A stretch of DNA of 64,000 nucleotides from Octopus bimaculoides (GCF_001194135.2 NC_068985.1:79454360-79518359), one strand, 5' to 3'; shown: positions 1 to 13,361, counted from the first letter of the stretch. Numbers and translations: made by a program. The notes: generated by a model from the letters alone, not told the origin.

Positions 1-210
1 CCCCATTTATTGGGAATTTTTTGTAATATTTTCATTTTTTTTGGTACATACCCCAAATGTTTTCTCGATGCCTTTTCATCGTTATCCCCATTTTATTTTT
101 TTACTTTATTTTCGTCCCCATCGAAAAGAAAAACTCTACATTTGTATTTTGTCCCCTCTATGTTGAGCCCTGTGTGACTAATAAAAGAAATGTATCTATC
201 TATCTATCTA
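1..210 (+). mobile_element. Probable 3' UTR/3' end of a non-LTR retrotransposon (possibly Tx1-like)
   Basis: T-rich tract ending ...ccctgtgtgactAATAAAagaaa followed by an (ATCT)n tail; loosely resembles the 3' end of the Tx1-like element at ~35.2 kb. Confidence 0.35.
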
Positions 211-726
211 TTAAATGATTGATAAGGAAGACGGAGTATACTGCAAGCTTTATTTATCACGATGATCGTTTCGGCTTACATGTGCACTGCTCCCTAGTGG
301 GTGGGGAGTGATATAATAAAATCGAATGCACCCCACGGTACATAAGAAACCTCATCCGGTTACATAATATAGTGCTATAATATGTACATGTCACTATTGC
401 GTGTGGCAAGATGGCTGGTGTATATTCGGAGAATGGTAGGTAAAGAATACAAAAAAAAACAAACAAACAAACAAAACAAATACAATGAATGAATGGGAAG
501 GTCAGAAAGGCTTGTGGAGTTTGATAGTTGGTCATGTATATATATNNNNNNNNNNNNNNNNNNNNNNNNNNNNNNNNNNNNNNNNNNNNNNNNNNNNNNN
601 NNNNNNNNNNNNNNNNNNNNNNNNNNNNNNNNNNNNNNNNNNNNNNNNNNNNNNNNNNNNNNNNNNNNNNNNNNNNNATCAAATGTTCGTGCCGCACATT
701 AGCTCCCTCTCCCCCCTCTCTCTCTC

Positions 727-910
727 TTTATCAAATCGACGTTGCCCGAGCAGGTGTATGGTGTTCTGTGCATCAGGTATCGAAGTGATCGTAGGGCAAC
801 GTGAGATGAAGTGTTTGCTCAAGAACACAACACACCACTCGGTCTAGGAATCGAAATCACGATCTTTCAATCATGAGTGCAGCACCTTAACCACTAAGCT
901 CTGCGCCCTC
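727..910 (-). mobile_element. tRNA-derived SINE, family D (5' part)
   Basis: Reverse strand: gagggcgcagagcttagtggttaagg (A box) ... gatttcgattcctag (B box), then ttcttgagcaaacacttcatctcacgttgc; homologous to 39015-39315. Confidence 0.8.
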
Positions 911-964
911 CCCATATATAGATACATATATATATATGTGAGTTTGTATTTGTGTGCGTGAGTG

Positions 965-1140
965 TGATAGAGTTCTACGGGCTTCCATCCAGTTTTCGTT
1001 TTCCAAACGTCATTCACAAGAAATCGGTCGACTCGAGTGTCTAAATGGAAGTCACGTGCTGAAGTTGTTACGCTGCGGGTCATAATTCAAAACCATGTGG
1101 TTGCGAAATGAATACGTTAACCATATACCCATGTCTGCGT
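965..1140 (-). mobile_element. Degenerate SINE family B, 5' part
   Basis: Reverse complement resembles 45792-45950 (aaccacatggtt...gtgagtggatttggtagatggaaactgaaagaagccc). Confidence 0.55.
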
Positions 1141-1861
1141 CTATAATACATTTTCTGTTCTTTCTCTTTTGCAAGCTGAAGATTAGTGGACTAGTACAAT
1201 CGCTAGTTAAGCTTCTTTACACTATTAGTTGAAATCCGAGGTCATTTTGACATCTATAAATAAAGTACTATTCAAGATTTGAGGTGTTTATAATCNNNNN
1301 NNNNNNNNNNNNNNNNNNNNNNNNNNNNNNNNNNNNNNNNNNNNNNNNNNNNNNNNNNNNNNNNNNNNNNNNNNNNNNNNNNNNNNNNNNNNNNNNNNNN
1401 NNNNNNNNNNNNNNNNNNNNNNNNNNNNNNNNNNNNNNNNNNNNNNNNNNNNNNNNNNNNNNNNNNNNNNNNNNNNNNNNNNNNNNNNNNNNNNNNNNNN
1501 NNNNNNNNNNNNNNNNNNNNNNNNNNNNNNNNNNNNNNNNNNNNNNNNNNNNNNNNNNNNNNNNNNNNNNNNNNNNNNNNNNNNNNNNNNNNNNNNNNNN
1601 NNNNNNNNNNNNNNNNNNNNNNNNNNNNNNNNNNNNNNNNNNNNNNNNNNNNNNNNNNNNNNNNNNNNNNNNNNNNNNNNNNNNNNNNNNNNNNNNNNNN
1701 NNNNNNNNNNNNNNNNNNNNNNNNNNNNNNNNNNNNNNNNNNNNNNNNNNNNNNNNNNNNNNNNNNNNNNNNNNNNNNNNNNNNNNNNNNNNNNNNNNNN
1801 NNNNNNNNNNNNNNNNNNNNNNNNNNNNNNNNNNNNATATATATATATATATATATATATA

Positions 1862-2767
1862 CTGGGTGTACCAAAGAATTTGACATCCTTTCTTTACGTA
1901 ATTTCGTCGAAATTGTCTCAAATTTTAGCAGGATGTCTAGAATTCTTTCGTATGTTTTTCCTTTTAGGATTAGACATGCCATTTACTGCAACAGAAAAGG
2001 CGTTTTATGTATTGAAGTACGCCCAAACTCAGTCAAATGTAAATGTGCAACGTGTATTTGTTAGAAGATTTCATAAACAAGCGCCAACAAAGAAGTAGAT
2101 TTGGACGTGGCATAAGAAATTTGAAGAGGAAGGCTGTTTGTGACAGAAAAATGGATCTGGACGGCCAGAGGTTTCAGAAGAGAAGGTGATCCATCTTCGG
2201 GGGACGTTTAGTCGGAGTCCAAAGAAATCTGTACGAACAGCAAGACTGGAAACCAGGATCCCCAAGTCAACTGTTTGGCGTATCATAAGAAAACGCTTGC
2301 GGCTGACCCCCTACAAGCCTCAGCTTGTTCAGGCTTTAAAGCCGGTTGATAAGCAAAAGCGTAAAACGTTCTTTGAGGATATGCAAGAAAAACTTGAAGA
2401 TAATGACTTTGAAAACTTCTTTGAAAACAAATGGCAAAGTGAACAAGCAAAATGTTCGCAATGGAGGCGACGAAAATCCACATAACAATTGAACACGAAA
2501 GGGACTCACCAAAAGTGAATGTGTTCTGCAGCATCTCAAAGAACCGTGATAACGTTCTTTATAAAAATTGTCATCTCACAGATGCTAATTTTTATTATCA
2601 TTATAAAATTATCATTGTAAAATTATCATCTCACAGCATTTTTCGTTGGAAATCTGTAGAATAAGACTTGTTATGTTCAAAATTAAACCTATTAAGCTTC
2701 ATTTCTCTTGACCTTTTAAGCACTCCGATATGGACATTTCAAATGATTTCAAATCTTTTGGGACAAC

Positions 2768-2770
<3 letters not shown>
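1862..2770 (+). mobile_element. Internally deleted Tc1/mariner-superfamily transposon (DUF4817-like N-terminal HTH)
   Basis: Imperfect TIRs CTGGGTGTACCAAAGAATTTGACATC / rc CAGGTTGTCCCAAAAGATTTGAAATC, TA on both sides within (TA)n; disrupted transposase from ATG 1976: MPFTATEKAFYVLKYAQTQS...SGRPEVS...SPKKSVR...LRLTPYKPQLVQAL...ENPHITIEHERDSPKVNVFC; catalytic C-terminal half missing. Confidence 0.9.
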
Positions 2771-2802
<32 letters not shown>

Positions 2803-3539
2803 TGTGTGTGTCTGTGTGTGTCTGTATGTGTGTTTGTGTTTGACTCCATAGCCGTTTGGCAGTAGGTTTTAATTTGTTGATATGCTTGGAACTTAGCGTT
2901 TGAGAGGATGGTTCTATTACACGACACGTGTTATTTCGATCGTTGCCTAGCAAACCATCACGAAAGTGACTGAACGTCCTAAATGAGAANNNNNNNNNNN
3001 NNNNNNNNNNNNNNNNNNNNNNNNNNNNNNNNNNNNNNNNNNNNNNNNNNNNNNNNNNNNNNNNNNNNNNNNNNNNNNNNNNNNNNNNNNNNNNNNNNNN
3101 NNNNNNNNNNNNNNNNNNNNNNNNNNNNNNNNNNNNNNNNNNNNNNNNNNNNNNNNNNNNNNNNNNNNNNNNNNNNNNNNNNNNNNNNNNNNNNNNNNNN
3201 NNNNNNNNNNNNNNNNNNNNNNNNNNNNNNNNNNNNNNNNNNNNNNNNNNNNNNNNNNNNNNNNNNNNNNNNNNNNNNNNNNNNNNNNNNNNNNNNNNNN
3301 NNNNNNNNNNNNNNNNNNNNNNNNNNNNNNNNNNNNNNNNNNNNNNNNNTATATATATATATATTATATATCATTACATTTATTTACGCATATCTGAACC
3401 ATAATTAGTTGGTATCAAAATTCTGTAAGATTATATATTTATAGTTCTCCGACGTGCTTGCCATAAGCATCTCTCCAGAAGCGTCTTTTTTTCAGTAAGA
3501 AATTAAAAGAACATACATTAAGAAGAAAGAAAATCAATT

Positions 3540-3778
3540 TACTTTTTATCAGTCAATACCTAGGTAGCAGCTTGAGGAAGGTATGTAATTTGAACCTTAC
3601 TGTTGTAACGGATGCCAAAAGCAATCCACAATAGGATAGAGAAATTCTCTGTAAACACTCCGTATGTAGCCGTCTGCGGGAGGTTTAATATGTTGGTACT
3701 GTTTCTAAATTATCTTATTATAGAATAGAAATTAGACTGTTTGCAATGTCCGTGCGTAGCAGTGGTGGAAATACTAGT
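3540..3778 (+). mobile_element. Candidate Helitron 3' end
   Basis: ccgtgcgtagcagtgg (decayed hairpin, 3750-3765) then CTAG|T at 3774-3778; ~100 bp upstream a decayed frame YLGSSLRKVCNLNLTVVT..*DREIL resembles a helicase C-terminus. Confidence 0.45.
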
Positions 3779-5735
3779 TAGTTAGTAATCTATAGGTGGT
3801 GCCTATTTGGCTGCTTTTCTGAATGCAAATGGCCGTCTTATCCGAAAAAGAAAAAAAAAAAACTACTGGACGATTCAAAATGTATTTGGTGATTACATTT
3901 GATTTATATCGGCTTTTGTGTGGTATTTTCTAGCATATTGCTTCTCACTAATCATTGCTCTGATATCATGCGAAAATCTGGCATTTATTTCGTGTCTTTA
4001 AACGAATGCTGACTGGCTTAACTGACTTACAAGAAATTTACAAACGAATGCTAGTAATACACTAAACACATCAAATATGACTTAAGTGTACGTGTAGAGC
4101 TGTGTTCAAAGAATAACTGAATGACTTTTGAATCAAACATTCCATGTNNNNNNNNNNNNNNNNNNNNNNNNNNNNNNNNNNNNNNNNNNNNNNNNNNNNN
4201 NNNNNNNNNNNNNNNNNNNNNNNNNNNNNNNNNNNNNNNNNNNNNNNNNNNNNNNNNNNNNNNNNNNNNNNNNNNNNNNNNNNNNNNNNNNNNNNNNNNN
4301 NNNNNNNNNNNNNNNNNNNNNNNNNNNNNNNNNNNNNNNNNNNNNNNNNNNNNNNNNNNNNNNNNNNNNNNNNNNNNNNNNNNNNNNNNNNNNNNNNNNN
4401 NNNNNNNNNNNNNNNNNNNNNNNNNNNNNNNNNNNNNNNNNNNNNNNNNNNNNNNNNNNNNNNNNNNNNNNNNNNNNNNNNNNNNNNNNNNNNNNNNNNN
4501 NNNNNNNNNNNNNNNNNNNNNNNNNNNNNNNNNNGTTTAATCTCCGATTTTTATGCTTTCACTTCAACCTGTGAATCTAATTTGAAGTGTTAATAAATTA
4601 GTGCAAACACAAAATCGATCATACATTAATAAGTAGTATCATGTCTCGCATTCTTCTCTTCGCTAACGATTCTCTTTCCGTGTCTATCTGTCCGTCTGCC
4701 CGCCTGTCTCTCTCCCTTTGTCACCCCTTCTCTCTGCCAACTCCTCTGTCACCTCCTCTGTCACCCCCTCTCTCTGTTACCCCCTCTCTCTCTGTCACCT
4801 CTCTCTCTTTCTCTCTTAGTCTGTCTCTCTTCATTTGTCCGAAGGTGTTGATAAACTATGTCTTGTCCTTATTTTTGTCAATCTTGAAGAGAAATTAATT
4901 AGTGTTAATTTGCGTCTACTTTTTTAAAACAGTTCTATCGTAAACTTTCATTCCCCTTGAGTCTTCAGACATAAGATTCAAGCCGAATGATTCCATATGC
5001 AATCAAGACGGGACGATTTATATCTTCCAGCTTCCGGATCTGGGGGGATTGCTAGAAGCCGCTGTTGATTTTGCTGTCGTTGCTGTTGTTGCTTTCGTTA
5101 TCATTGTCATTGTTGTCATTGTTGTTGTCGTTGTTGTTGTCGTCGTTGTTTGTATCATTGTTGATGTTGTTGATGGTGTTGTTGCTACTGCTATTGTTAT
5201 TGTCGTTGTGGTGGTGGTGGTAGTGTTGGTCTTCGTTGTTGTATTCACTAAGAATTTAGCATTGATATTATTGATGTCATTTCTAAATTTGTCTTTGCTG
5301 TCGTCATTGTTTTTGCTTTCCATTCGTGCTGATATCTGTTTACTTTTGATTTTTTTCTCCAAACAATACATCTAGGACCGATTTAGCCAAGATGCCCATC
5401 CCATTATTTTTTTTTTCTTTGAAAAGATAGGTATGATTTCTTCTTTAGTTCGTAGAGATACAAGTGTTTGTTTAACCCAAGATCAGCCTTGATCAAAAAT
5501 GTCCCTGATCAAAGATATGTACGAGTAACAATATCCCTTGTGCCTTTTCTTGATTTCCAGTAATAGGAGAAGATTTTGGAAGTATAGACTGTTATTTCTA
5601 GCAAGTAGCACGATTGCATAGAGTGTCTCTCAATGCTCGTAATTATTTCACTCCAGGCTTGCCATATGATCAAAAGCATTTCTCTTGTAGCCATCGTCAT
5701 TTTTAAGACTTTATCTAAGATTACATTTTCTAGTG

Positions 5736-6123
5736 TGGAGGCGCAATGGCCTAGTGGTGAGGGCAGCAGACTCGCGGTCATAGGATCGCGGTTTCGATTC
5801 CCAGATCGGGCGTTGTGAGTGTTTATTGAGCGAAAACACCTAAAGCTCCACGAGGCTCCGGCAGGGGATGGTGGCGAACCCTGCTGTACTCTTTCACCAC
5901 AACTTTCTCTCACTCATACTTCCTGTTTCTGTTGTGCCTGTAATTCAAAGGGTCAGCCTTGTCACACTGTGTCACGCTGAATATCCCCGAGAACTACGTT
6001 AAGGGTACACGTGTCTGTGGAGTGCTCAGCCACTTGCACGTTAATTTCACGAGCAGGTTGTTCCGTTGATCGGATCAACTGGAACCCTCGACGTCGTAAA
6101 CGACGGAGTGCCAACAACAACAA
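5736..6123 (+). mobile_element. tRNA-derived SINE, family A (~385 bp, full length)
   Basis: tggaggcgcaatggcctagtgg (A box), ggtttcgattccc (B box), 3' gacggagtgcc(aac)n tail; closely similar copies at 27549 and 39412. Confidence 0.92.
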
Positions 6124-6169
6124 ATTTTCTAGTGTTTTGTTTTTGTTCTTTACTTAGTTTAGATAAGAT

Positions 6170-7700
6170 TATGTGATTTAAAAGAGATTCGACTGCTCTT
6201 TCAGCAGATTAGTCAACCATGTAGGTGCATTTTGTTGGTAGCACAAGTAAATGTCATATCTCACCAAACACCCAAACTGAATAATAGTAGTTTTTTTGTT
6301 CACATCTCTACCAACGACAGAAATATCTACTCCCATCCAAGGAGTTGGAACAATAGCTTGACTGCACATGAATGAGAGTTTTAAATATAAATAATATAAA
6401 CTTTCTAATGATTTCATACCGTATCACCTGTCCATGATAGCAAGCCACTTTCACGGAATGTTATTACTAGTATAATTTTAGGAATCTCCATTAATTTAAG
6501 GGCCCTGGATGCGGTATATTTTCATAAAATCCTTTTTTATAGTAAGTACGCGTCAAAATGCATTTTTTGTTTTTCTTTTTATCGTCTTCTAATATTGTTT
6601 TCTGTACCAATGGTTGGTATTTTAACTTATATTGAATCTCTTCGGCAAACCTATTCTTTGGGTGCAAGATTATTTGTGTAGTGGTTGTGATACAATGTAT
6701 TCTCAGAAATTTTCAAAATATGAAGTGTGAAGTGTACTTGTTGTGTAGAAATGCTTGCGCAGCTGTTGATTATAGTCGCCAGCCAACTGAATCTGTTTAC
6801 AAATAAGGTTCATGGTATTTGTTAGAATGCTACTTCGATTTTAAGTAACCTATATACACCAGTTTTTGTATGAAGCTCAAGAAAAAGAAATAGTGGTTAT
6901 GAATATATCTGGAAACGTTAAACTGCTGATTTCCTGTTTTCTTTAAACACTTCCTTTAACTAACCAATAAACTATCATATTACAGATCATTTGAACACTT
7001 TAACTGTAAGTTTATTATCAAACACTCTCTATTATTTACCTTGAACATTCAACTGACATTATTGTAACAAATGTGCAGACGTAAAAATCATGTAATAATG
7101 GATGACTTCATTCTCCATCAGATTTCAGCCACTGACTCTTTCGGAAATATACTTCATAGCCACTGTTTTCAGCAATATATTACGATATCGATTCATTTCG
7201 CAGGTCATATCCTTGAATTACAATTTCTCGACCTACAGACAACATTATTTCCGCTACTTCAGCTTATGATTCCAATATCAGTGATCACTATTTAATACGG
7301 ACGGATTTAAATTTTCCAAAGATGAGAACAGAATTCAAATTAATTACTTTTCGCTGATAGAAGTTATTAAACATCTCGTCATTTGTATGTTTTGAGGAAA
7401 ACTTATGCTTATATAATGATCACTTTTTAAAACAGCAATTTCTCTATATAAATCTAAGCTATCCAACTTAATCATTATTCTGTTGTCTGAACTTACGCAT
7501 TTTGTTAATCTTAAGTCATATTCGCCATGGTATAAACTGTGAAAGTATTGAAGCAAGCGAGTGGCAGAGTTGACTTTTGGCAGCTCTGGTAGTAGCTAAA
7601 TCGTCCTCCGTAAACGTAATATACCTTAAACTTCAGCAAACACACGTTTGTAAAGTGGCCGTCCTGTGCGACCCGTATATCTTGTACACCTCACGCTACG
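6170..7700 (-). mobile_element. Highly decayed Penelope-like element (RT, thumb, GIY-YIG remnants)
   Basis: Minus-strand frames in the expected order: VYFRKSQWLKSDGE*SHPLLHDFYVCTF (cf. YxQxDGxxMGSPLxPxLA), KTGVY (cf. KxTxTGxY), TIINSCASIS...NTLYHNHYTNN (cf. RAxxICS...NGYP), SSY at the start of the GIY-YIG region; many stops and frameshifts. Confidence 0.5.
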
Positions 7701-8389
7701 CTATTGCTTACCAAGCTAAACTCATGGAGTGTAGGCTAGAATCTCATGGACATAAACCCCAGAATTCTGATGAAAGAGAAATAAAATACACAATGAAGGT
7801 CGTGGCGCTCGTTTATTGAGTTACATGTTTATACCACACATATGCTCCGTCATGAAAATTATCTGTTAAAAGTACTCTACATAAAAGGAATTCAATAACA
7901 CTGTCCTTTTATAAAAAAAATTATGGATTGTGCTAATGTATTCGGTGACTATTTTAATTAACAAAATCCTAACCTTCCTCACATTCAATGTAACATCGTA
8001 ACGAGTCCACAAATTAGCAAATGAATTCTTGTACATATCCGATTTTGAAGCTGTCACAAAGAATGAATGAAATCAGCCAACTTTTAAGCCAACACACGAG
8101 AAAGCTAAATCTTCGTGGATGTTTATACGTTGCGGGAAAAGCTTTGCACCCACCGTTCATTACAAAATTAGCGAATGTATTGCTATCAACAAGATGTTTA
8201 TCGGAGCTTCTGAAACGCATATTAATCACACGTCCTCTTAAAAAGCATGAAATAAATAAAAGATCAAATTAAATAATTATCCATTGGTATCTTTTACCGC
8301 AAAAGTTAATTGAAAAGCTGGTTTCAGACTGTAGCTGTTCATTTCACATCAGTCAAAATTTAGGAGTAGTTTCTAAATAGAATTAGCGT

Positions 8390-8870
8390 GTGTTAAATCA
8401 TACAAGGATCTTGAACAAGTACCTGACGATGACAAAACGTCAACTGTAATTTTCCTCCATTTAAACATGGTATTTGACACAGCTCATAATAACATCCTCA
8501 TGCATCACCTTTAATCACATCTTGGTTCGAGTAATATGGTATTTGGTTTGTTCCTTTTTCATCCGTCTGAATGATATCATGTTGGGGCGTATTGATTACT
8601 CTAATGGAAAAGTGATCGTACTTGACTTCTGTGTATCATTGGTTTTGGTACTAATTATTCTCCACACCACGTTTAAATAATCTCAGCTACGAGCTTAAAC
8701 GCCAGATATACGCAGATGATACAAGTTATAAATGTTCTTTTAAATCTCCTGAATACATTGCTATGCCTCTATTCACTCAGCCTGTATGAACCACATTCAA
8801 GATTGGTCACATTCAACAACCTGATATTAAACACAAAGAGAAGAGAATGGGTCTTGTCTGATTTGTGTCG
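8390..8870 (+). mobile_element. L2/CR1-group LINE reverse transcriptase remnant
   Basis: IFLHLNMVFDTAHNNILMHHL (cf. LDLSxAFDTVDHxIL), QIYADDT at 8709-8723, CMNHIQDWSHSTNLILN. Confidence 0.75.
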
Positions 8871-9747
8871 TTCTTTAAATATACTGCAAATATCAACAAC
8901 AAAAATATTTACTAGTTTATAACCTGATTTCAATTTGAATGAATTTTTCTCTTCAAAATTTCGCTATATTTCTTTTATCTAAATCATTGGATTCTTGTCT
9001 AAGTTACTTAATTTCTGTTTTCTAATTCACTCAATTCATTGTGTTATAAGGAATCGGTCTTTCCTGTTATTATTTGACAGTGTTCCGGCTGGATTTGTCT
9101 GTTCATTATTTTCTATTACAACATCTCTTTTGGCTAATAATGTATATTACCTCGATATTCTATTGTGTTGAGTTCCATGCTAATGTTATGTTTAATGTTT
9201 TATTGTAGTGGCATTGTGTTATGTTACGTTCCATTAGTATTTATATTTTTACTCTTACGTTCAGCAAATGTTATTAAAACATTTCGTATGATTGATAATG
9301 TGGTTTATTTATTTGCAGGCGAATCTTGTTATTGCATCGTCGCCAAATTTGTTAAGTCGATTTCATCATATTATATGAGTGGTTTTAGTTTTACAATAAA
9401 GGCGGTTTTAATAACTCCCAAGTATTCGGAAATGGTAACATATTTCCCATGATGTAAGTAGTTGCTATTTCTCTCGTAGTTGAGGACAACAAGGTCGAAT
9501 CCTTGATTGAATGAAGATCAAACTGCATGCAATAAATTAACGCAAAACTGCTTTCGCACATGAGAACAATAGCATAAGCAATATTTTAGAGATTTATGTC
9601 AATTAGGTGTCAAAGTGCATGCATATTTTTTCGTTAGCATATTAAATATCTGAAAACAAATGTTAAATATATATANNNNNNNNNNNNNNNNNNNNNNNNN
9701 NNNNNNNNNNNNNNNNATATATATATATATACATGTATACATACATA

Positions 9748-10644
9748 CACAGACATGACAACAGTAAATAGACACCCTTATAATCATAAACATTTATTTA
9801 AATCTGAAATTATACATTCAAATCATTTATTAATTATTATAATGTGAATATTTAATATTTAGTAGACATGCTCTTTGCATTTTTCAATGCAAGGACCCTA
9901 TTAGGCATGTTACTGATCAGATGAATATTCTTTTGCGGTATCTCGTGCCAAGTTTCATGCAGTAATCTCAAAATATCTGGCTTTGAAGATGCTTTCTTGT
10001 TCTTTTTATTAAGTGTCCTGTCCATTATTCCTCAGAGGTATTCAATAGGGTTATATTAAGTAACATGTTTGGTCATGGAAGCTTTTTAATATCATTCTCT
10101 TCCAAGAAGTCTTTGGTAATTTTATCTGTGTGACAAGGAGCCCCATCTTCCATACATAAAGCGTCTTCTTTAATCATTTCACCACTTGAGAAGATTGTAA
10201 TGAGTCCTTTCTGCAATATGGACACATATTTAACCGATTTCGTGTTTCCCTCACACTCAACTAAATCTGATCAACCTTTGCTCAAAATTACTACCCAGAC
10301 CATCACAGAATAGCTGCCATGTTTCACTGTTGGCTGCAATCTTTTCACATCAAATAAAGTTTTGATTACAGAGTCTTCAGACCCACACTCGACCATTGTC
10401 AGGAAATATAGCAAATCTGGACTCATCAGAAAATATGACAGTATCCCAAAATACTAGGGGCCTCTCCACTGACCCAATTTTTCAGACAATTCCAAGGCTT
10501 CTTTTGTACATAGCATCATTAAACAGTCACATATAGAACCTGAAACATTAAAATGTCAATTAATAAAAAATATAAACCCTTACAAGTTAGAATAAACATA
10601 AAACGATGTTTTATGGGTGTCTATTTACTTCTGTTATGCCTGTG
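9748..10644 (-). mobile_element. Tc1 (DD34E-type) transposon lacking its N-terminal region, 897 bp
   Basis: 30-bp TIRs 26/30 identical (CACAGrCATrACA..AGTAAATAGACACCC); minus-strand remnant VIFSDESRF...QPTVKHGSYSVMVWG...EDGAPCH...NPIEYL*GIM...ISNMPNRVLALKNAKSMSTKY*, stop at 9852-9854. Confidence 0.92.
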
Positions 10645-11149
10645 TTTATATATGTATATATATATGTAGGGAGAGAGAGATGGAGGAGGGTAGGGAGGGA
10701 GAGAGAAGCAACATGAGCGAGAATGGAGAAAATCATATCTTTAATTGATGATTATACCACATATTACAGGAGATTATTTCTATTATGTCAGAATATTTAG
10801 ATATAAAAAAGGTACAAAATACCAGTGAAACCATTATATCCGAGAATTTATGCTAACACAATGTTATCAAGGTAACCCAAAACAGGTTAAATTCAAAGTG
10901 AACTGAAATAATATGTATAATACATGAGCGCATACAAAAAGAATGTTAAGAAGAAATATAATATTCTTCGAAAATCCAGTTAGTATTTAAACTTATGATA
11001 ACGAATGATTAATAGATAAACATTGGAATTCTAAGTCACGACATTTAGTTATCTTGCTAAACAAATGAGGAATGTTATGCTTGTTAGAAGATTATAAAGA
11101 AAGCAATTATAATTAAGGCGTTATTCCCTATTGAAATATTTAAATGCTT

Positions 11150-12660
11150 TTCAATATTTATGGCAATATTTTACTATAAGACTGGGTGAAAAATTTTATA
11201 ATTTTAATGTTGAAGCAATTGTATAATACATTTCCTCTAGGCAAAGATCGCATTTAAAATTACCAGTATTGTACGATGGAACGTAACTAATAATAGAACA
11301 AATTATATCGTAGTTAGTCTCTGGTCTTTCAAATCACAGATGCATTTACTAAGATTCGTAGAATTACACTTTCTTCTAGACTTAAATGAAGAAGAATGGT
11401 TATGTAATATAGATTTCCAAATTATAGCAGAACAACCGATGTAATAATACGTACGATCTCTTACAATTGCCTTACTTTGATATACTATATTCTCCTTTAA
11501 ACATTGATTTTCTAAAGGATGTAAGTTTGTTTTTGAAATTACACAGGCTTTTATTCACTTGCATGTAGTACGCATAGTTAAAAGATTTAGTACTAACTCT
11601 ACTCTCAGAATGGTTGTTAAACCAGGATAATTAGCAGTATTAGTAGCTGTTATCTAAAAGGTACTAACAATTTCACCTTCACCTAAAATATCAAAAAACT
11701 AATTCAGGAAAATTATCATTATAGTTTGTTTCATAATTGACGATAGAATTTATGATGTTTCTAGGATGATTGGAATTTTTTATGATATTGTTACTGTAGT
11801 CCTGTACATAAATCTAGAGTGACATCAAATTTAATGTGACATATAGTAAGACGTTAACCTTACTATATTCATTTTCTATGAAGAGAGACAGACCGAGGTG
11901 TTTAAAAAGTTCAAAAGGTGTTTTCCGAGACCTTTCAAGATTAAACTTAGTACACCTATGGATAGGGAAAACAGCATAATCCCTATACAATCCACTTCCT
12001 TATTCAGGAAAATCTCTATATGCACAGTTGAGAATATAAACGCTCACTAAATCAGTTACTTGTGTAGAGTGGCTGAACTCCATAGTAAAGTCGAAATTAT
12101 CAGATTTATCAACTCTGGTTCTGTACTTTCCATCGAATTCTATTATGGTTTTTCTAACCGTTAGTATTATATCAACTTCATATTTAGATAAATCAGAATT
12201 CTTCATCGCGAAAATTAAGACCTTATTAATTAGTATAGGGTTAATGATGGCATTATCCTCTATGAAATGTGTGTTAAAGGAGGGCAATTAGCAGGGTTGG
12301 TTAGTCTAGAACAGCTTTATACCATTGATGTATGTAGGTGAAACAATGCGCTATTTTTTCTAAAATGTCTAGCTTCATCTACTGATATTTTTGTTTTATA
12401 CTGTCTCTTGTTTCGTTATCGATTACATAACAAACCTCTTCAATAAAAATTACACGAACTCTAGCCGAACTTTAATCAATGAGTTTATAATCGCTTCCCC
12501 CACCACTGCAGTAGTAACTTTGATAGTACTTAAGCAATAATAATTGACCAGTGCATCTTACGATATTCCGTTTTCTCAACAACTCCACAGTATTAAACGA
12601 AGGTGATTAATTTCCTAATTTATCCGCTTTTGTAACTACATATGGGTCATATTTTATAAC
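11150..12660 (-). mobile_element. Decayed Penelope-like element (RT plus GIY-YIG)
   Basis: RKTIIEF...FDFTMEFSHSTQVTDLVSVYIL (cf. FDVTMGSxDGAEVCELVGLY), GLYRDY, DVTLDLCTG, SNHPRNII; ENQCLKENIVYQ...YYIGCS...HNHSSSF...STNLSK...CDLCLEE. Confidence 0.85.
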
Positions 12661-13361
12661 CAGGTATCTGAATCAGTGTAGTATTAAATATCCTAGCCAT
12701 AATGTGATGTAAACGATATTACTAAACTATGCAGAGGAAGTGAATGATAGATTTATTACGAGATATAATAATATTTATTGTGTGATAACGTCATAGTTTA
12801 AATGAATTTCGAAAGAGATTATTGGTGTCATTGAACGAAGATGCAATGATATGGCATTTATTATTTCGAAACCAGCCGGAATGATAGGATGATGAGCAAC
12901 TGTAAATATTATATCACATAGGAGAGTGATAGTAGATGGCATATTATGCAGGGTGCTGGATTTATTGATGTCACTTTACACTCCAAATTGAAGTCGTACT
13001 GGAGTTGAATTGAAATTTTCTCCCTCTAGAATCGATATGCAACTTATTTCTTCAATAAATAAGTGGTCATGTAGTATCACTGTATGACATCATGTAATAT
13101 AAAAGACTTCCACTTTTACCGCTTATTTCTGCGCACAAATTGAGAGAGGTTTTATCGTGATGATCTAAATAATATCAAGGTGCAGACAACTACTAAGAAA
13201 TTCTCCAAGGCATCTGCTTTACAAAAGTAGCTTTCTAACCAGTCATAGTATGGTTCTGACCCCGATCCAAATACGCGGAATCTTTTACAAATAACTTCTC
13301 CTGTTGACAAATTCTTTGTAAGTCGAATTTCACATCCGGAAATCGTGCGAATGGTGGTCAC

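Noticed and set aside
5018-5375. Thr-rich mucin-like ORF
   Set aside because: Product of a degenerate (TTG)n array with no supported flanking exons
5736-5810. tRNA-like heads (also 27549, 39771, 39015, 910)
   Set aside because: A/B boxes are present but continue into SINE bodies without a complete acceptor stem; not tRNA genes
3439-13246. A phase-consistent 7-exon minus-strand gene model (13246-13240, 8234-8154, 8050-7974, 7595-7348, 6361-6265, 3704-3601, 3484-3439; 219 aa)
   Set aside because: I built it by choosing among many AG/GT sites, the protein matches no family I recognise, and most exons fall inside a decayed PLE (6.2-7.7 kb) or a probable Helitron end (3.5-3.8 kb). RNA-seq junctions would be needed to revive it.
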